Shown here one piece after another: positions 47,351 through 47,547 of a stretch of 47,547 nucleotides of DNA. Both the position numbers and the translations under genes were made by a program. Source of the stretch: Planctomycetota bacterium. GTDB taxonomy: Bacteria > Planctomycetota > UBA1135. The DNA lies in assembly GCA_028821845.1 (NCBI GenBank), contig JAPKEZ010000001.1, positions 1-47,547 on the forward strand. Reading direction: 5' to 3'. Each line of letters starts with the position of its first letter. The first letter of the stretch is position 1. The notes below the pieces were generated by a model. It was not told the DNA's origin. It did no database searches and was given only the letters and a program-made list of their open reading frames with translations.

Positions 47351-47547
47351 CTAAAAGGCTGCCCCAGTAATAGTCGCTTGGCAGACAGGTTCGCCAGCAG
47401 CAGTCATCATTTGGCCTTCCCACTTGAAGTAAGGAATGCGCGGAGATGCCTTAACTATTCTCCCGGCGACGATTAGGTCGGTGTTCGACTCAACAGGCTT
47501 TCTAAAGCGAACGCCGTCGACAGCGCCGAAGCCCATGAAAACGTCTT
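47351..47547 (-). CDS. hotdog-fold dehydratase (FabZ/FabA-like), 3' part only; the 5' end is outside the window
   Basis: C-terminal sequence ..DVFMGFGAVDGVRFRKPVESNTDLIVAGRIV...WEGQMMTAAGEPVCQATITGAAF fits the FabZ pattern (..vrFr.pV.pgD.L....). The frame stays open to the window edge. Its stop abuts the Pus10-like stop. Confidence 0.6.
   Translation of the reverse strand, partial: DVFMGFGAVDGVRFRKPVESNTDLIVAGRIVKASPRIPYFKWEGQMMTAAGEPVCQATITGAAF

Overview
This is a 47.5-kb, gene-dense chromosomal segment from a diderm (Gram-negative) bacterium. Kdo/LPS, Lgt, Tat, AnmK and LysM genes are present, and GC looks roughly 48-50% by eye. The lineage cannot be fixed without a database search. A Lys/Ala-rich H1-like protein, DUF1844, a stand-alone EF-G and frequent lack of Shine-Dalgarno sequences faintly suggest a PVC/Planctomycetota-like or deltaproteobacteria-like genome (low confidence). 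I can support about 45 CDS, 2 tRNAs (Gln-UUG, Pro-UGG), one glycine riboswitch, several intrinsic terminators and a few sigma70-like promoters. Most content is housekeeping. It includes M16 and M32 peptidases, trxB, a coaE-rho-glycosyltransferase operon, tatC and cinA. A long minus-strand one-carbon cluster follows (riboswitch-gcvT-gcvH-gcvPA-gcvPB-lipoate ligase-thyA-folA). The rest includes rpmB, two nucleoid proteins, a kdsB-pyrG-DUF1844-metG operon, anmK, thrB, an EF-G, a Tex-like protein and lgt. I saw no rRNA, CRISPR, transposase, integrase or phage genes, so this is not an obvious accessory island. Five things stand out. (1) At the 3' end, a translationally coupled gene pair encodes a large NMO/FabK/PfaD-like flavoenzyme-type protein with a Cys-rich tail. 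Its partner is a truncated, THUMP-less homologue of the archaeal/eukaryotic pseudouridine synthase Pus10. This is the best candidate for an undescribed system. (2) A PTS Enzyme I-like protein has its conserved catalytic Cys and GTND motif substituted. (3) A cysteine-free C-type lectin domain protein with intact EPN/WND sugar-binding motifs sits at the end of the one-carbon cluster. (4) A single-aptamer glycine riboswitch has its terminator U-tract abutting the gcvT start codon. (5) An ICMT-like membrane methyltransferase is coupled to a small Kdo/WaaP-like kinase. All family calls come from motif recognition by eye and need profile searches to confirm.
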